64,000 nt of DNA from an uncultured bacterium (lineage in GTDB: Bacteria; Krumholzibacteriota; Krumholzibacteriia; LZORAL124-64-63): assembly GCA_963732385.1 (NCBI GenBank), contig CAVSZB010000007.1:256001-320000 (forward strand). Reading direction: 5' to 3'. The notes beneath the pieces are model-generated. The model was given only the letters and a program-made list of their open reading frames with translations. It searched no databases and had not been told where the DNA came from. Position 1 is the stretch's first letter. The number at the start of each line of letters is the position of its first letter. Shown one piece after another: positions 29,830 to 40,041 of this stretch. The position numbers and the translations under genes were made by a program.

Positions 29830-30642
29830 ATGCGGTGGGGCAAGACACTGCGGCGCCTCTTTGGTGGCGGATCGGTCGCCTCCCTGGAGCGGGACCGCCC
29901 GGTAGTTTCTCCCGCCGGAGACGCCCTTATCGCCGTGATCGAGGCGAAGCTCGGCTATCATTTCGTTGATCGCACGCACCTGCTGAAGGCGCTCGTGCAC
30001 CGCTCCCATATCCACGACATCGGCAGCAATCGGCGCGAGGCCAATGAACGGCTGGAGTTCCTGGGCGATGCGGTGCTGGGTCTTGTCGTCAACGAGTACC
30101 TGTACCGGCGTTTCCCGAACCGCGAGGAGGGTGATCTCACGAAGATGAAGTCACTGCTCGTCTGCGGCACCCGGCTGTGCGAGATGGCGGGGCAACTCGA
30201 ACTGGGACGTCACATCATGATGAGCCGCAGCGAGGCCGCCACGGGCGGGCGGCATCGCTCGAGCATTCTCGCCGACACCATGGAGGCGGTCATCGGGGCG
30301 GTGTATTTGGACGGAGGGATCGGCGCCGCCGCGGCGGTGATCGACCGCTGGCTGCTGGCCGGAGCCGGCGACCTGATTTCGTCGCGTCGCGCGCTCGGCA
30401 ATTACAAGAGCCGTCTCCAGGAGATAATCCAGGGAACGTACAAGGTTCCGCCGCGCTACCGCGTGCTGCACGCCGACGGACCGGACCACGCCCGCATCTT
30501 CACGGTGGAAGCGGTGTTCAACGGCGTGGTGCTGGGCACGGGCGCCGGGAACAACAAAAAGACGGCCGAGCAACAGGCGGCGAGGGCGGCCCTGGAGCGC
30601 CTCGATGCGGAGCCGGACCTGCTGGACCGCTCGGCCCCCTGA
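29830..30642 (+). CDS. rnc: Ribonuclease III
   Basis: NERLEFLGDAVL, C-terminal dsRBD. Confidence 0.95.
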   Translation: MRWGKTLRRLFGGGSVASLERDRPVVSPAGDALIAVIEAKLGYHFVDRTHLLKALVHRSHIHDIGSNRREANERLEFLGDAVLGLVVNEYLYRRFPNREEGDLTKMKSLLVCGTRLCEMAGQLELGRHIMMSRSEAATGGRHRSSILADTMEAVIGAVYLDGGIGAAAAVIDRWLLAGAGDLISSRRALGNYKSRLQEIIQGTYKVPPRYRVLHADGPDHARIFTVEAVFNGVVLGTGAGNNKKTAEQQAARAALERLDAEPDLLDRSAP

Positions 30643-30659
30643 GGGCGAAGACGAGGACC

Positions 30660-31148
30660 ATGGCCAGACCGACACTCCCGCCTCAGTCGACCGAGTTCAT
30701 AACCGGGGCCCATCCGGAGGACCTGTGCGAGGAGTGCCAACTGCCCTGTGGCTTCTCCGCGTGCGGCGTGACCTGCCATCGACGCCATTTTCTGGCGGGG
30801 CTGTTGCGCTGCTCGTACCTTTATCGCGGCTACTGTTTTCTCGTCGACGTTCCCGGCTGCGCCTTCGACAATGGGGGTCGCACGGAGAGCCAATGGCTGC
30901 CCCTGCTCAATTCCTGGCTGCACAGTCGGGCCCGGGCCAACGAGTCGGAGGACTTCCGGCTTGCCCGTCTGCGCACCGAGGAGTATCTCAACGAACAGAT
31001 CGAGGCGCAGAACGTCTTCCTCTGCCGTTACCTCGAAGAGATCTACAACCTCGCCCTCTCCTGCGGGGGCAGTCTTGCGGAGGAGGAGCTGGCTCACCTC
31101 GAGGCTGCGCTGCTGAAGCTGCTTTCAGGCATGCCGCGCAAGCTGTGA
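30660..31148 (+). CDS. Cys-rich hypothetical protein (162 aa)
   Basis: ATG after a GAGGA RBS; GTGA overlap with the next gene; 10 Cys including CxxCxxxCxxxxCxxxC. Confidence 0.7.
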   Translation: MARPTLPPQSTEFITGAHPEDLCEECQLPCGFSACGVTCHRRHFLAGLLRCSYLYRGYCFLVDVPGCAFDNGGRTESQWLPLLNSWLHSRARANESEDFRLARLRTEEYLNEQIEAQNVFLCRYLEEIYNLALSCGGSLAEEELAHLEAALLKLLSGMPRKL

Positions 31149-32977
31149 ACCGCGTGGTCCGCTTGCTGACGCCGATCGCTCTCGTACTGCCGCTGCTGAT
31201 CCTGCCCGGCGGCGCCTCGCGCGCTACTACGCCGGTGATCGACCCTGGCGAACTGTCGCCATCGACCTTTTCGTCGGAGGCAACACTGCCGCCGGCGTCG
31301 GGCGATTCCGTGGTTACGGAGTCGGCACCCGTGGGAATATCGACCAGCCACATGATCGGCTCCCTGCTGCTCGAGCAGGGCTTGCCGGCGGAGGCGTTGC
31401 CTTACCTGGAGTTCGCCTGGCGATCCTGGCCCGGCACGCGGCTGTTCACCGACAGCTATGTGGCGGCGCTCGTCGCGCTCGACCGGAGCGGGAAGGCCGT
31501 CGCGGTGCTGACCGAGGAAATCGCCGTGGAACCGTCCGACCTGGCGCCCCGTCGTCAACTGGCCGCGCTGCTGGCGGACAGCGGACGCTGCGACGAGGCT
31601 CTGCTGGTCGTGGCTGACCTGCGCCGGTTGGGGAGCGATGAACCGGAATTGCTCCTGCTGGAAGCGGAGGCTCTGGCGGGAGCTGGACGCGTGGGGGAGG
31701 CGATCGTCCGCCTTGTCGAGGCGCGCCAGCGGCTGCCCGAGCGCGCCGAAACGCTCTCGCTCAGACTAGGCGAACTCTACCGGCAGGAAAGGCGCGGGGA
31801 CGAACTGCTGGCCATGTGGGCTGAGGCTCTGTCCGCCTGGCCCGAGTCGCGACCGGTGCGTTTGAGCGCCCTGCGCGATCTGATCGCCGCAGGCAAAACG
31901 GACCGGGCGCTGACGGTCGCCGCCCGGGGTGACAGCCTGCAGTCCTTCGCCGCGGACGCCGACCGCATGGAGGGCTTCTCGTGGACCGTCGAAACGGCGC
32001 GGCTGCTGGTGCAGGCGGGCCGGGTCGAGGAGGCGATTCCGGTCCTGGAGGCCAGGCGGCGGGGGGGCAAGCTTGATCGCGAAGGGGCCCTCTGGCTGAG
32101 TCGTCTGCTGGCGCATGTCGAACGCTGGAACGATGCGATCGCGCTGCTCCGTGATGCCGTCACCCGCTGGCCGGACGATGCTCGTGGCTATCTTTACCTC
32201 GGCGAAGCGCTTGCTGCGCGCGGTGACGTGGTCGGCGCCGAAGCGCAGGTGCGTCGGGCCGTGAAGCTGGAACCGGAAAATTTCGAGTCGTTGCTGGCGC
32301 TGACCCGGCTGCTGACCCTGCGGTCTGGAACCATGTCCGGCGGGTCCCCGGAACGTGCCGAACTGGCGCGGCTTGCCACACGCGCGGGGGAGCTCGCTGC
32401 GGCCGATGACACGCGGGGGCGGATGATTCTGGGGTATGCCTACCGGGCCCTGAGCGATCCGGCGCTCGCCGCGCCCCAGTTCGAGGCCGCCGCCGCCCTG
32501 CCCGGAGTACGTCGGGAGGCGCTGTTGCAACTGGCTGTCTGCCTGGAGGATCTGCAGCGTTACGGCGAGGCAGGCAGCACCCTCGAAACGCTGCGCGAGG
32601 AATTCCCCGACGACCCCACGGTCGCGAACTCGCTCGGCTACTTTCTGGCGGAGCGGGGCGAGGATCTGACGCGCGCCGAGATCCTGGTGCGCGCGGCTCT
32701 GGTCCGCCAGCCGGAAAATCCCTTCTACATCGATTCCCTCGGCTGGATCGCCTTCCGCCGCGGCGATTTCCCGGCCGCTTTCGATCTGCTGGTGCAGGCC
32801 GCCAATGCGGCGCCCGGGCAGCCGGACATCCTTGAGCATCTCGGACGGACGCTGCAGGCGCTCGGGCGGGTCGAGGAGGCGGCCCGCGTGTACCGTCAGG
32901 CGCTCGACGCGGGGGCCGACCGGGACAGGATCAACGCCCTCCTGCGGGCTCTGGCAGGGCCCGGGAGTGCGCCATGA
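31145..32977 (+). CDS. Exported tetratricopeptide repeat protein
   Basis: Signal peptide, many TPRs, C-terminal ANSLGYFLAERG...DSLGW...EHLG. Confidence 0.85.
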   Translation: MNRVVRLLTPIALVLPLLILPGGASRATTPVIDPGELSPSTFSSEATLPPASGDSVVTESAPVGISTSHMIGSLLLEQGLPAEALPYLEFAWRSWPGTRLFTDSYVAALVALDRSGKAVAVLTEEIAVEPSDLAPRRQLAALLADSGRCDEALLVVADLRRLGSDEPELLLLEAEALAGAGRVGEAIVRLVEARQRLPERAETLSLRLGELYRQERRGDELLAMWAEALSAWPESRPVRLSALRDLIAAGKTDRALTVAARGDSLQSFAADADRMEGFSWTVETARLLVQAGRVEEAIPVLEARRRGGKLDREGALWLSRLLAHVERWNDAIALLRDAVTRWPDDARGYLYLGEALAARGDVVGAEAQVRRAVKLEPENFESLLALTRLLTLRSGTMSGGSPERAELARLATRAGELAAADDTRGRMILGYAYRALSDPALAAPQFEAAAALPGVRREALLQLAVCLEDLQRYGEAGSTLETLREEFPDDPTVANSLGYFLAERGEDLTRAEILVRAALVRQPENPFYIDSLGWIAFRRGDFPAAFDLLVQAANAAPGQPDILEHLGRTLQALGRVEEAARVYRQALDAGADRDRINALLRALAGPGSAP

Positions 32978-33819
32978 ACCGCCTGCTCAGCCTAGGGGCG
33001 ATGGCCGTCCTGGCCTTCGCCTGTCCGGGTTTGGCGGGGGGCGAGATCGCCGCATCGTTGCTGGAGGCAGTTCCGACTCCGGGCATGCTGTGGGGCGCCA
33101 CCTGGCGGGGGACGGGGATGGGCGAAAGCCTCGGCGGCAGTGCCTGCTGGCTGCGCGGTACGGACGGCGAGGTGCGGATCGAGGTGACCCGCGAGGGGGC
33201 TGCGCCGCGCGCCGATATTTCCCCGGCCTGGGGCCGGCTGCTGGCGCGCGGCGGTGAAGGGTGGGTCGTCCTGCTGACTGAGGCCACAGCGGTGGGCGGG
33301 CGCTGGGGCGCCCCGTTGGAGTGTCTCGCTCCCGACAGCCGGGTGCGCCTGGAGACCCTCCTGGCGGTACTGGAGGGTGGCGTGGACGGCGCTGGACCGT
33401 GGCCGGCGGGCGTGCGCCGCATCGCGGCGCGCGACGTGATCGGTTCGCACGGAATCAGGGCTGTCCCAGCCGGCCGCACGGAAGCGGCCTCCCACCTGCG
33501 GCTGCCGGAAACCGCCTCCCTGCGCGCGGCGCTCGAGGCCCGCGGACGGGGTCGGGGCGGCGGCGGGGAGACCTGGTTCGTCCGTCGGACCGCGCCGCCC
33601 GACGCCTCCGGCGAGACGGAGATCCAGGTCACCAGCACGCGGTGGCCGGGGAGACTCGAGCTCAGGGTCGCGGGGGCGTGGCCGGTGGGCTTCGAGCCGG
33701 ACGATGTCTTCGTGCCGGTCTGGTCCCTCGGAGACCTGTTGACCTTTCCGGAGGCTCGTCCCGGCGAGACCGGAGCGAAGACCGCAGTGGACGCCGGAGG
33801 GGCTTCAAACGTGCGCTGA
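32974..33819 (+). CDS. Hypothetical exported protein
   Basis: ATGA overlap with the TPR gene and a signal peptide; no family recognised. Confidence 0.55.
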   Translation: MNRLLSLGAMAVLAFACPGLAGGEIAASLLEAVPTPGMLWGATWRGTGMGESLGGSACWLRGTDGEVRIEVTREGAAPRADISPAWGRLLARGGEGWVVLLTEATAVGGRWGAPLECLAPDSRVRLETLLAVLEGGVDGAGPWPAGVRRIAARDVIGSHGIRAVPAGRTEAASHLRLPETASLRAALEARGRGRGGGGETWFVRRTAPPDASGETEIQVTSTRWPGRLELRVAGAWPVGFEPDDVFVPVWSLGDLLTFPEARPGETGAKTAVDAGGASNVR

Positions 33820-33841
33820 ACGATCAGGCGCCCGCAATGCG

Positions 33842-33870
33842 GGAACTTTCCGGCGACGGTCCTGTTCCGG
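33842..33870 (+). promoter_or_regulatory. Putative ECF autoregulatory promoter
   Basis: GGAACTT -35-like element about 75 bp upstream of the ECF gene; the -10 is uncertain. Confidence 0.45.
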
Positions 33871-33917
33871 AGTGGCGATGCCGCGTCGGGTAAGGGTCGC
33901 GAAGGAGGAGCAGGGGC

Positions 33918-34625
33918 GTGAAAGTGTCCTGGAATGAATTGCGACCCCCGATGGACGGTCCCGCGCCGGCGGTTCTGGCGGATCTGCGCGACGAAGAGCT
34001 CATCGCCCGCGTCCAACAGGGACAGCGACGGGCCTATGACGAGATCGTCCGGCGGTACAAGGGGCGGCTGTTCAGTTTCATTATCCGCATGGTCCACGAC
34101 CACACGGAGGCGGAAGAGCTGACGCAGGACACCCTGATCCGCGCCTACGTGCACGCGGACAAGTACCGGGAGATCGCCCGTTTCTCGACCTGGATCTTCA
34201 CGATCGCTACAAATCTGGTGCGCAACCGCGTGCGTCAGCGCAAGCGGGAGCCCCGCTGGCTGGTGCTCAACCCGGCGCCCGAAAACGATGAGTTGCCGGT
34301 CGACCCCCCCGATCCCCATGCCGATCCGTCCTGCGGGATCGAGCGCGAGGAACTCGGCCGGATGATCAGCCTGGCCACCAGCCGGATCCCCGAACGCTAC
34401 CGGGTGCCGTTCCTGCTGCGCGAGGTGGAGCAGCTATCCTACGAGGAGATCCAGCGGGTGACCGGTTTGAAGCTGGGAACCGTGCGCTCGCGCATCAATC
34501 GGGCCCGCGCCCGCTTCCGCAAGAACATCAAACCTTTGCTGCGCAACGAGACCCTGCTGGCCGAACTCGAGCGGATCGAGGCCAGGGCTGCCGAAAGCGA
34601 CGGGGACTCGGAAACGGAAGAATGA
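33918..34625 (+). CDS. ECF sigma factor (RpoE/SigW-like)
   Basis: FSTWIFTIATN, LSYEEI, LGTVRSRINRAR. Confidence 0.92.
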   Translation: MKVSWNELRPPMDGPAPAVLADLRDEELIARVQQGQRRAYDEIVRRYKGRLFSFIIRMVHDHTEAEELTQDTLIRAYVHADKYREIARFSTWIFTIATNLVRNRVRQRKREPRWLVLNPAPENDELPVDPPDPHADPSCGIEREELGRMISLATSRIPERYRVPFLLREVEQLSYEEIQRVTGLKLGTVRSRINRARARFRKNIKPLLRNETLLAELERIEARAAESDGDSETEE

Positions 34626-35431
34626 TCAGCCGGAGGAACCCCATGCTTTGCCGACGTGCTCACGACTGGATCAGCCTCTCCATGGACGGAATGCTTCCGC
34701 CCGATCGCACTGTAGCGCTGCTCGCCCACCTGGAGCGGTGCGCCGGCTGCCGCGCCTGGCGGGAGGAGGTGCAGCTCGGCCAGCGCCTGCTGGCGGCGAC
34801 CGCGCCGCGGCTTTCCGAGAACTTCGAATGGCGATTGCAGCTGAAGCTCAACCAGACGCTCCAGGAGGCGGCGCGGGCGGCTACAACCCCCTTCGCCGTG
34901 CCGGAGTCGGGCTGGCGCCGCTGGTTCCAGGGCGCGGCGCTCGCCTCCGTGGGAGGAGTGGCCGTGGTCGTGGTCCTCTCCCTGTTCCTCTTGCCCCCGC
35001 GCCGTCAGGCCCCTACGTTTCTCGCGCTGCCGTCAGCCCCGTCGTCCGTCGCGATGCCGGCCGAAGGAAGTACCAGTACCCGCGTCACCGCGGTGATCGC
35101 AGGCCCCGAGGCCGGGACCGTCACCGCCACGGCAGGCGATCCGACCCGGACCTCGCTGCGTCCCGGAACGCGGACGCTGGCGCCGGAGGCCGGCGGAGTC
35201 GGCCACGACGTGGATCTGCGCTTCACGGCGACGTCGGGCGGTTTGTTCGGCCGCGAGGGCTGGTCGGGCGGCAACGTCGACGATCTGCGCACGATCATCC
35301 ATCTGCGCGAGCAGAATCGCCGACTGCGTGATGCGTTGACGCAGGCCCAGCGGGACGCAGGTCTGCTGCGCGCACAGATGGAGAATCCGCGGACCGCGGC
35401 CGGGGATTCCGCCGCGGCGCCGGAGCGCTGA
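34622..35431 (+). CDS. Zinc-finger (ZAS) anti-sigma factor with TM helix
   Basis: HLERCAGC (HxxxCxxC), one TM, coupled to the ECF gene. Confidence 0.85.
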   Translation: MISRRNPMLCRRAHDWISLSMDGMLPPDRTVALLAHLERCAGCRAWREEVQLGQRLLAATAPRLSENFEWRLQLKLNQTLQEAARAATTPFAVPESGWRRWFQGAALASVGGVAVVVVLSLFLLPPRRQAPTFLALPSAPSSVAMPAEGSTSTRVTAVIAGPEAGTVTATAGDPTRTSLRPGTRTLAPEAGGVGHDVDLRFTATSGGLFGREGWSGGNVDDLRTIIHLREQNRRLRDALTQAQRDAGLLRAQMENPRTAAGDSAAAPER

Positions 35432-35445
35432 TCACGGGGGTCTTT

Positions 35446-36537
35446 ATGCTTACGCGCGCGCGACCGCGTTCCGGCCACGAGGGATTGGTGTTTGTTTCCG
35501 TCCTGCTCGCGCTGGTATTGCTCACGCCGGTCGCGAGGGCTGAGGGGCAGGCGCGCCGGGAGCGCCCGATCACGATGGCGGTCGGTTCCTACGGGGATCT
35601 TGCCGTAGTCCTTTCCGCTCCCGCCCTGCGCGGTGTTGTGCGTCCGGCGCTGGATCGTCTCAACACGCAGGTCACCTTCGTGGTCCGGGAAGAGCCGACG
35701 TTCGCCGTCGACTTCTACGCGGGCAACGAGTGGAAATTCGCCCACGACTACAAGAATCTTTTGATCCTCGTGAACTGGAGCGATGGCGGGCGGGTCGTGC
35801 GGGCGGTGGAGGAGTTGCTGGAGCCCCCGGATCTGGAGCGCCTCCGCGCGGCCGGAGGCGGGATTGCGCAGTTGACCGACCCGCTGCTGAGCTATCAGTT
35901 CGCGGTGATCGTGGCGGCGCACGATAGGACCCAGCTGGCCGCGCTGCTGGATCGCAATGCCGATCACCTGCGGGAACTCTACGAAAAGCAGAACCGCGAG
36001 CGCATCCGGCGCCAGTTCGCGCGCGAGGGGCTGCACGATGACTGGCTGGCGCGGAATTGGGGGCGTTACCAGATCCTGCTCAGCATCCCTGCAGCCTATC
36101 GTGAGAATCAGGTCGAGCCGAACGGGTTCCCCGGGATCGAGTGGACCCGCGCCGGTCCGACGCGCGGCATCACGCTCTCCTGGCGGCGCGCTCCGCATCC
36201 CGAGACCCTGCTCGCTGACCGTGCGGCCCTGCTGGCGATGCGCCGGGACATGGGCCGTGTCCTGCATCGCGAAGAGATCAGCGATGATGGTCTGGAGTGG
36301 GAGTCGACGCGGCTGGGCGAACTGCCGGCCCTGCGACTGACCGGATCGTGGGTCAGCCGGGAGATCCAGGTCGGCGGCGCGTTCTGGAGCTATTTCATCG
36401 CTGACCCTGCGGGAGAGCGGGTCTTCTGTCTCGACCTGCTCGCCTACATGCCACACATCGATGAACCGAAGATGCCTCTCTACCGCGAACTGCTCGCCAT
36501 CGCCGAGACCTTCTCACTCCGGCAGCCCCACCGCTGA
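35446..36537 (+). CDS. DUF4837-like exported protein
   Basis: Signal peptide; L.GSW.....GGAFWSY...YMP...K...[11 protein letters not shown]-terminal pattern. Confidence 0.6.
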   Translation: MLTRARPRSGHEGLVFVSVLLALVLLTPVARAEGQARRERPITMAVGSYGDLAVVLSAPALRGVVRPALDRLNTQVTFVVREEPTFAVDFYAGNEWKFAHDYKNLLILVNWSDGGRVVRAVEELLEPPDLERLRAAGGGIAQLTDPLLSYQFAVIVAAHDRTQLAALLDRNADHLRELYEKQNRERIRRQFAREGLHDDWLARNWGRYQILLSIPAAYRENQVEPNGFPGIEWTRAGPTRGITLSWRRAPHPETLLADRAALLAMRRDMGRVLHREEISDDGLEWESTRLGELPALRLTGSWVSREIQVGGAFWSYFIADPAGERVFCLDLLAYMPHIDEPKMPLYRELLAIAETFSLRQPHR

Positions 36538-36566
36538 ACCACACTGTCGGCGCTGTGGCCCGACCA

Positions 36567-36594
36567 TTGACAACCGCCCAGAATACCGCATTGT
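36567..36594 (+). promoter_or_regulatory. sigma70-type promoter of the slipin gene
   Basis: TTGACA-N16-CATTGT, flanked by a TGACAA/TTGTCA inverted repeat. Confidence 0.45.
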
Positions 36595-36665
36595 CAGAGC
36601 ATGTACTGGCGAGCCTGGAGCCGTCCGCGGGGTCGTTCTGTCGCGGGGGGAGAAAGGGGCGGATC

Positions 36666-37454
36666 ATGGCGCCGATTCCGATAGTTCTGCTGTTTTTCCT
36701 GGTCCTCTTTTTTTTCAGCAACGCGGTGCGTGTGCTCCGAGAGTACGAACGGGCGGTCGTTTTCCGTCTGGGACGGTTCATCGGAAATAAGGGACCGGGC
36801 CTTATTCTGCTCGTGCCGGTCATCGACCGCATGGTGAAGATCAGCCTGCGCACGGTGCCCATGGACGTCGCGCCGCAGGATGTCATCACCCGCGACAACG
36901 TGTCGGTCAAGGTCAACGCGGTGATCTATTTCCGGGTGGTGGAACCGGAACGTGCCGTCATCGAAATCGAAGACTTCCTGTTCGCCACGACCCAGATGGC
37001 GCAGACCACCCTGCGCAGCGTGGTCGGGCAGGCTGACCTGGACGACCTGCTGTCCAACCGCGAAAAGCTCAACCTTGATCTCCAGCGCATCCTCGACGAA
37101 TCCACCGTTCCGTGGGGCATCAAGGTATCGATGGTCGAGATCAAGGACGTGGACCTCCCGGTGGAAATGCGGCGGGCCATGGCGCGGCAGGCGGAGGCGG
37201 AGCGCGAACGGCGCTCGAAGGTCATCCATGCCGACGGTGAATTCCAGGCCAGTCAGCGGCTGGCTGAGGCGGCCAAGATCCTCTCGACCGATCCGGCAGC
37301 CATCCAGTTGCGTTACCTGCAGACGCTGAGCGAGATCGCGCGGGAAAACAATTCCACCACCATTTTCCCCGTGCCGGTGGATCTGATTTCCCAGTGGTTC
37401 AACAGGCGTCCCGGATCGGTTCGTGCGGGCGGTTCGGCGGTCGAGGGAGAATGA
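36666..37454 (+). CDS. SPFH/stomatin (slipin) family protein
   Basis: [40 protein letters not shown]. Confidence 0.93.
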   Translation: MAPIPIVLLFFLVLFFFSNAVRVLREYERAVVFRLGRFIGNKGPGLILLVPVIDRMVKISLRTVPMDVAPQDVITRDNVSVKVNAVIYFRVVEPERAVIEIEDFLFATTQMAQTTLRSVVGQADLDDLLSNREKLNLDLQRILDESTVPWGIKVSMVEIKDVDLPVEMRRAMARQAEAERERRSKVIHADGEFQASQRLAEAAKILSTDPAAIQLRYLQTLSEIARENNSTTIFPVPVDLISQWFNRRPGSVRAGGSAVEGE

Positions 37455-38248
37455 GAATGTGCGTGGCCATCAGTTTCCGCAGGCGCTTGCTGCCTCTCTG
37501 GTCGGCGATTTTGGTTGCGGGAGCCGGACCGGCGCTTCCCGCGGTGGCGCAGACCGATCCGCCACGTCCGGTTACCGGACGGCATGCGCCGCCACGTGTC
37601 GGGGCCCAGGCTGCCCATCGGAGCGGGGAGGCGGGACCGTGGTCCGTGTCGATCGGTGCGGGGCTGCTCTCCAGCGGCGACCTTTTCCGGGTCCTCGTGC
37701 CGGACGGGAGCACGCGGATCTGGTCGGCCCCACTCGGCGACGCCTTCTACGCGCACGAAATTCTCGTCACCCTGGATGAGGACGCGGCCGTGTCCGCTTC
37801 GGTGGGGCGCCGCCTCGGCGGTCGCTGGCGTGTCCGTTGCGATGTGAGTTGGGCCGAGGTGAACGCCACGGCTCTGGCGCGTGTCGGACAGACCGTCGAG
37901 CTTCAAGCCTGGGAGAGACCCACTTTCCTGCTCGCTGGCCTGGGCGTGGAGTGCCAGTTGGCGCACGCGAGCCTCTACCCGTACGCTCTGGCGGGGCTGA
38001 CCTTAACCCGTCTGGAGGCTGCGAAGGCCACGGCGCTTGATCAGACCCGCGTTGGGCTGCGGGGGGGGGTCGGCCTGCAGTGGGGCCTCACACCGGAGTG
38101 GGGTGTGAGGGCGGAACTGCGAGACACGTGGCAGCAGTTCGACCTGACGGCATATGGCGACGATCCGACGTTCACCGATCTCACCTTCAGGGAGCTTGGT
38201 CCGCAACATCTGTTCGAACTGCTGCTGCAGACATGCGTCCAATTTTGA
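37451..38248 (+). CDS. Outer-membrane beta-barrel protein
   Basis: Signal peptide, amphipathic strands ([17 protein letters not shown]), terminal Phe. Confidence 0.65.
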   Translation: MRMCVAISFRRRLLPLWSAILVAGAGPALPAVAQTDPPRPVTGRHAPPRVGAQAAHRSGEAGPWSVSIGAGLLSSGDLFRVLVPDGSTRIWSAPLGDAFYAHEILVTLDEDAAVSASVGRRLGGRWRVRCDVSWAEVNATALARVGQTVELQAWERPTFLLAGLGVECQLAHASLYPYALAGLTLTRLEAAKATALDQTRVGLRGGVGLQWGLTPEWGVRAELRDTWQQFDLTAYGDDPTFTDLTFRELGPQHLFELLLQTCVQF

Positions 38249-38358
38249 GCCACGGTATCGATTATCGATATCAATAATTGCGTCATGCAGGCAGCTGAAG
38301 TTCAGCGTCCGTAAGTCTCTGTATAATATTGTGAATTAATAAATTACGCTTTTCGCTG

Positions 38359-38393
38359 AGCCCGGCCTAAAGCGGTGGCGGGCTTTTTTCTTT
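38359..38393 (+). terminator. Rho-independent terminator
   Basis: AGCCCG...CGGGCT stem followed by TTTTTCTTT. Confidence 0.7.
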
Positions 38394-38420
38394 GTGGGGG
38401 AGGCGCCCAACTCCTATAAT
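38392..38420 (+). promoter_or_regulatory. sigma70-type promoter of parA
   Basis: TTGTGG-N17-TATAAT. Confidence 0.55.
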
Positions 38421-38504
38421 AGCTGCTTCGTTGCGCAAGTTTGTTGTTTCCGGCCTGTTTCCCGCGGGGCGACCGGCGCGGCGCTCCGCGCGCGGGAGGG
38501 CGTC

Positions 38505-39353
38505 ATGAGCAATGTCATCGCCGTAGTCAACCACAAGGGTGGCTCCGGCAAGACCACGACCGCCATCAATCTGGCAGCAGGTCTTACCCGTTACAGCGAT
38601 ATCACGTCCTCCTGCCTGCTGATCGACATGGATCCGCACGGTTGCGCTACCTCCACGCTTCTGGGCAAGCTGGACGGTGAGCCACCGGCCCGCAGCGTCT
38701 TCGATGTTCTTCGCCGGGCCATCACTCCGCATGACGGCATCACCTCGACGGTCTACGACGAGAACATCGATATCCTCCCTTCGAACCCATCGCTCGAGAG
38801 CATGGCCAAGACTCAGATCACCGATCGCCTGGCCAAGGTGACGCAGGCTCTGGCCACCTCCTACGGCTGGATCATCATCGACACGCCGCCCAATCTGGGC
38901 GTGCTGACCCAGAATGCGCTCGTAGCGGCCGACTATGTGCTGATCCCCACGACCTGCACCGGTCTGGGCGTGCCGCCGCTGCGGCAGCTCAAGGCGCTCA
39001 TCGAGCAGATCCAGGAGCGGCAGAATGTCTGGCTGCAGACCCTCGGTGTGCTTGTCACCATGAAGGATGGCCGAACGCCGCTCCAGAAGGACGCGCACCG
39101 CGAGTTGAAGAGCATCTTCAAGGCCGACATCTTCAAGACGGTCGTGACGACGAACATCAAGATCGAGGAAGCGCCGGCGAATTTCCGCAGCATTTTCTCC
39201 TACGACTCCGGCTGTCTCGGCGCGTCGCTCTACCGCGACTGGATCAAGGGCGAGCTGCTCAAACGGCACAAGACCCTGGAGAAGAAGCGGGTGGAGAAGT
39301 TGGAGGCCGCGCAGCCTGTGGCGTCGTCGGTCAGCGTGCCGCCAACGGTCTGA
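38505..39353 (+). CDS. ParA/Soj family ATPase (orphan)
   Basis: NHKGGSGKTT, IDMDPHG, IDTPPNLG, EAP. Confidence 0.9.
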   Translation: MSNVIAVVNHKGGSGKTTTAINLAAGLTRYSDITSSCLLIDMDPHGCATSTLLGKLDGEPPARSVFDVLRRAITPHDGITSTVYDENIDILPSNPSLESMAKTQITDRLAKVTQALATSYGWIIIDTPPNLGVLTQNALVAADYVLIPTTCTGLGVPPLRQLKALIEQIQERQNVWLQTLGVLVTMKDGRTPLQKDAHRELKSIFKADIFKTVVTTNIKIEEAPANFRSIFSYDSGCLGASLYRDWIKGELLKRHKTLEKKRVEKLEAAQPVASSVSVPPTV

Positions 39354-39975
39354 CGTACGGGTTCGAAGTCATTTCTTCGGCGACCGTGGTCGACGGTCCG
39401 TGCCCGGGGTGGAGGCTCGTCGCGGGCGGGAGCGTATAGATCCGCTCCCTGATGCTCCGGCCCAAAGCCTGGAAATCCCCGCCCGGCAGATCGGTGCGGC
39501 CGACGGAGCCGGCGAAGATACAGTCCCCCACCAGAGCGTTCGTTCCCCAGCCGAACAGGACATGACCCGGCGTGTGTCCCGGTATGTGGCGCACGGTCAG
39601 GGCTCCGCCGCCGAACGGCAGGGTCGTTCCTTCGGCCAGGGTGGCGGAGAGCTGTGGCACGGCGGTCGGAGGGAAACCGAACATCTCCTGATGGCGGGGC
39701 ATCGTCAGCACCAGCGCTTCATCGCGCGGGTGGACCAGGAGCGGCAGGGGGTGGATGGCCTGCACGGCCGCGGCTGCTCCGACGTGGTCGAAATGCCCAT
39801 GCGTGCAGGCCAGCAGGGTCAGACGCAGACCACCGGCGGCGAGGCGATCGAGCAGAAGATCCGCTTCGTCGCCCGGATCGAACAGCGCCGCCTCGCCGGT
39901 TGCGGGGGATTCCAGCAGATACGCATTCATCGCCAACGGTCCGACGGCGAGGGAGGTGAGTACCCAGTCGGTCAT
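39331..39975 (-). CDS. MBL-fold metallo-hydrolase (glyoxalase II-like)
   Basis: THGHFDH, PGHTPG, GRTDLPGG, PGHG. Confidence 0.9.
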   Translation of the reverse strand: MTDWVLTSLAVGPLAMNAYLLESPATGEAALFDPGDEADLLLDRLAAGGLRLTLLACTHGHFDHVGAAAAVQAIHPLPLLVHPRDEALVLTMPRHQEMFGFPPTAVPQLSATLAEGTTLPFGGGALTVRHIPGHTPGHVLFGWGTNALVGDCIFAGSVGRTDLPGGDFQALGRSIRERIYTLPPATSLHPGHGPSTTVAEEMTSNPYVRPLAAR

Positions 39976-40041
39976 CTCGCCTGCCCCGCCGTCGGAAATC
40001 TGGTCATCGCACGGGCCGCCACTTCGCGGCGGCCCCGTAGC

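Noticed and set aside
38355..38390. c-di-GMP-I riboswitch (CCGGCCTAAA...GGTGGCGG resembles one stem)
   Set aside because: The GNRA stem and GCAAA junctions are missing; a terminator explains it.
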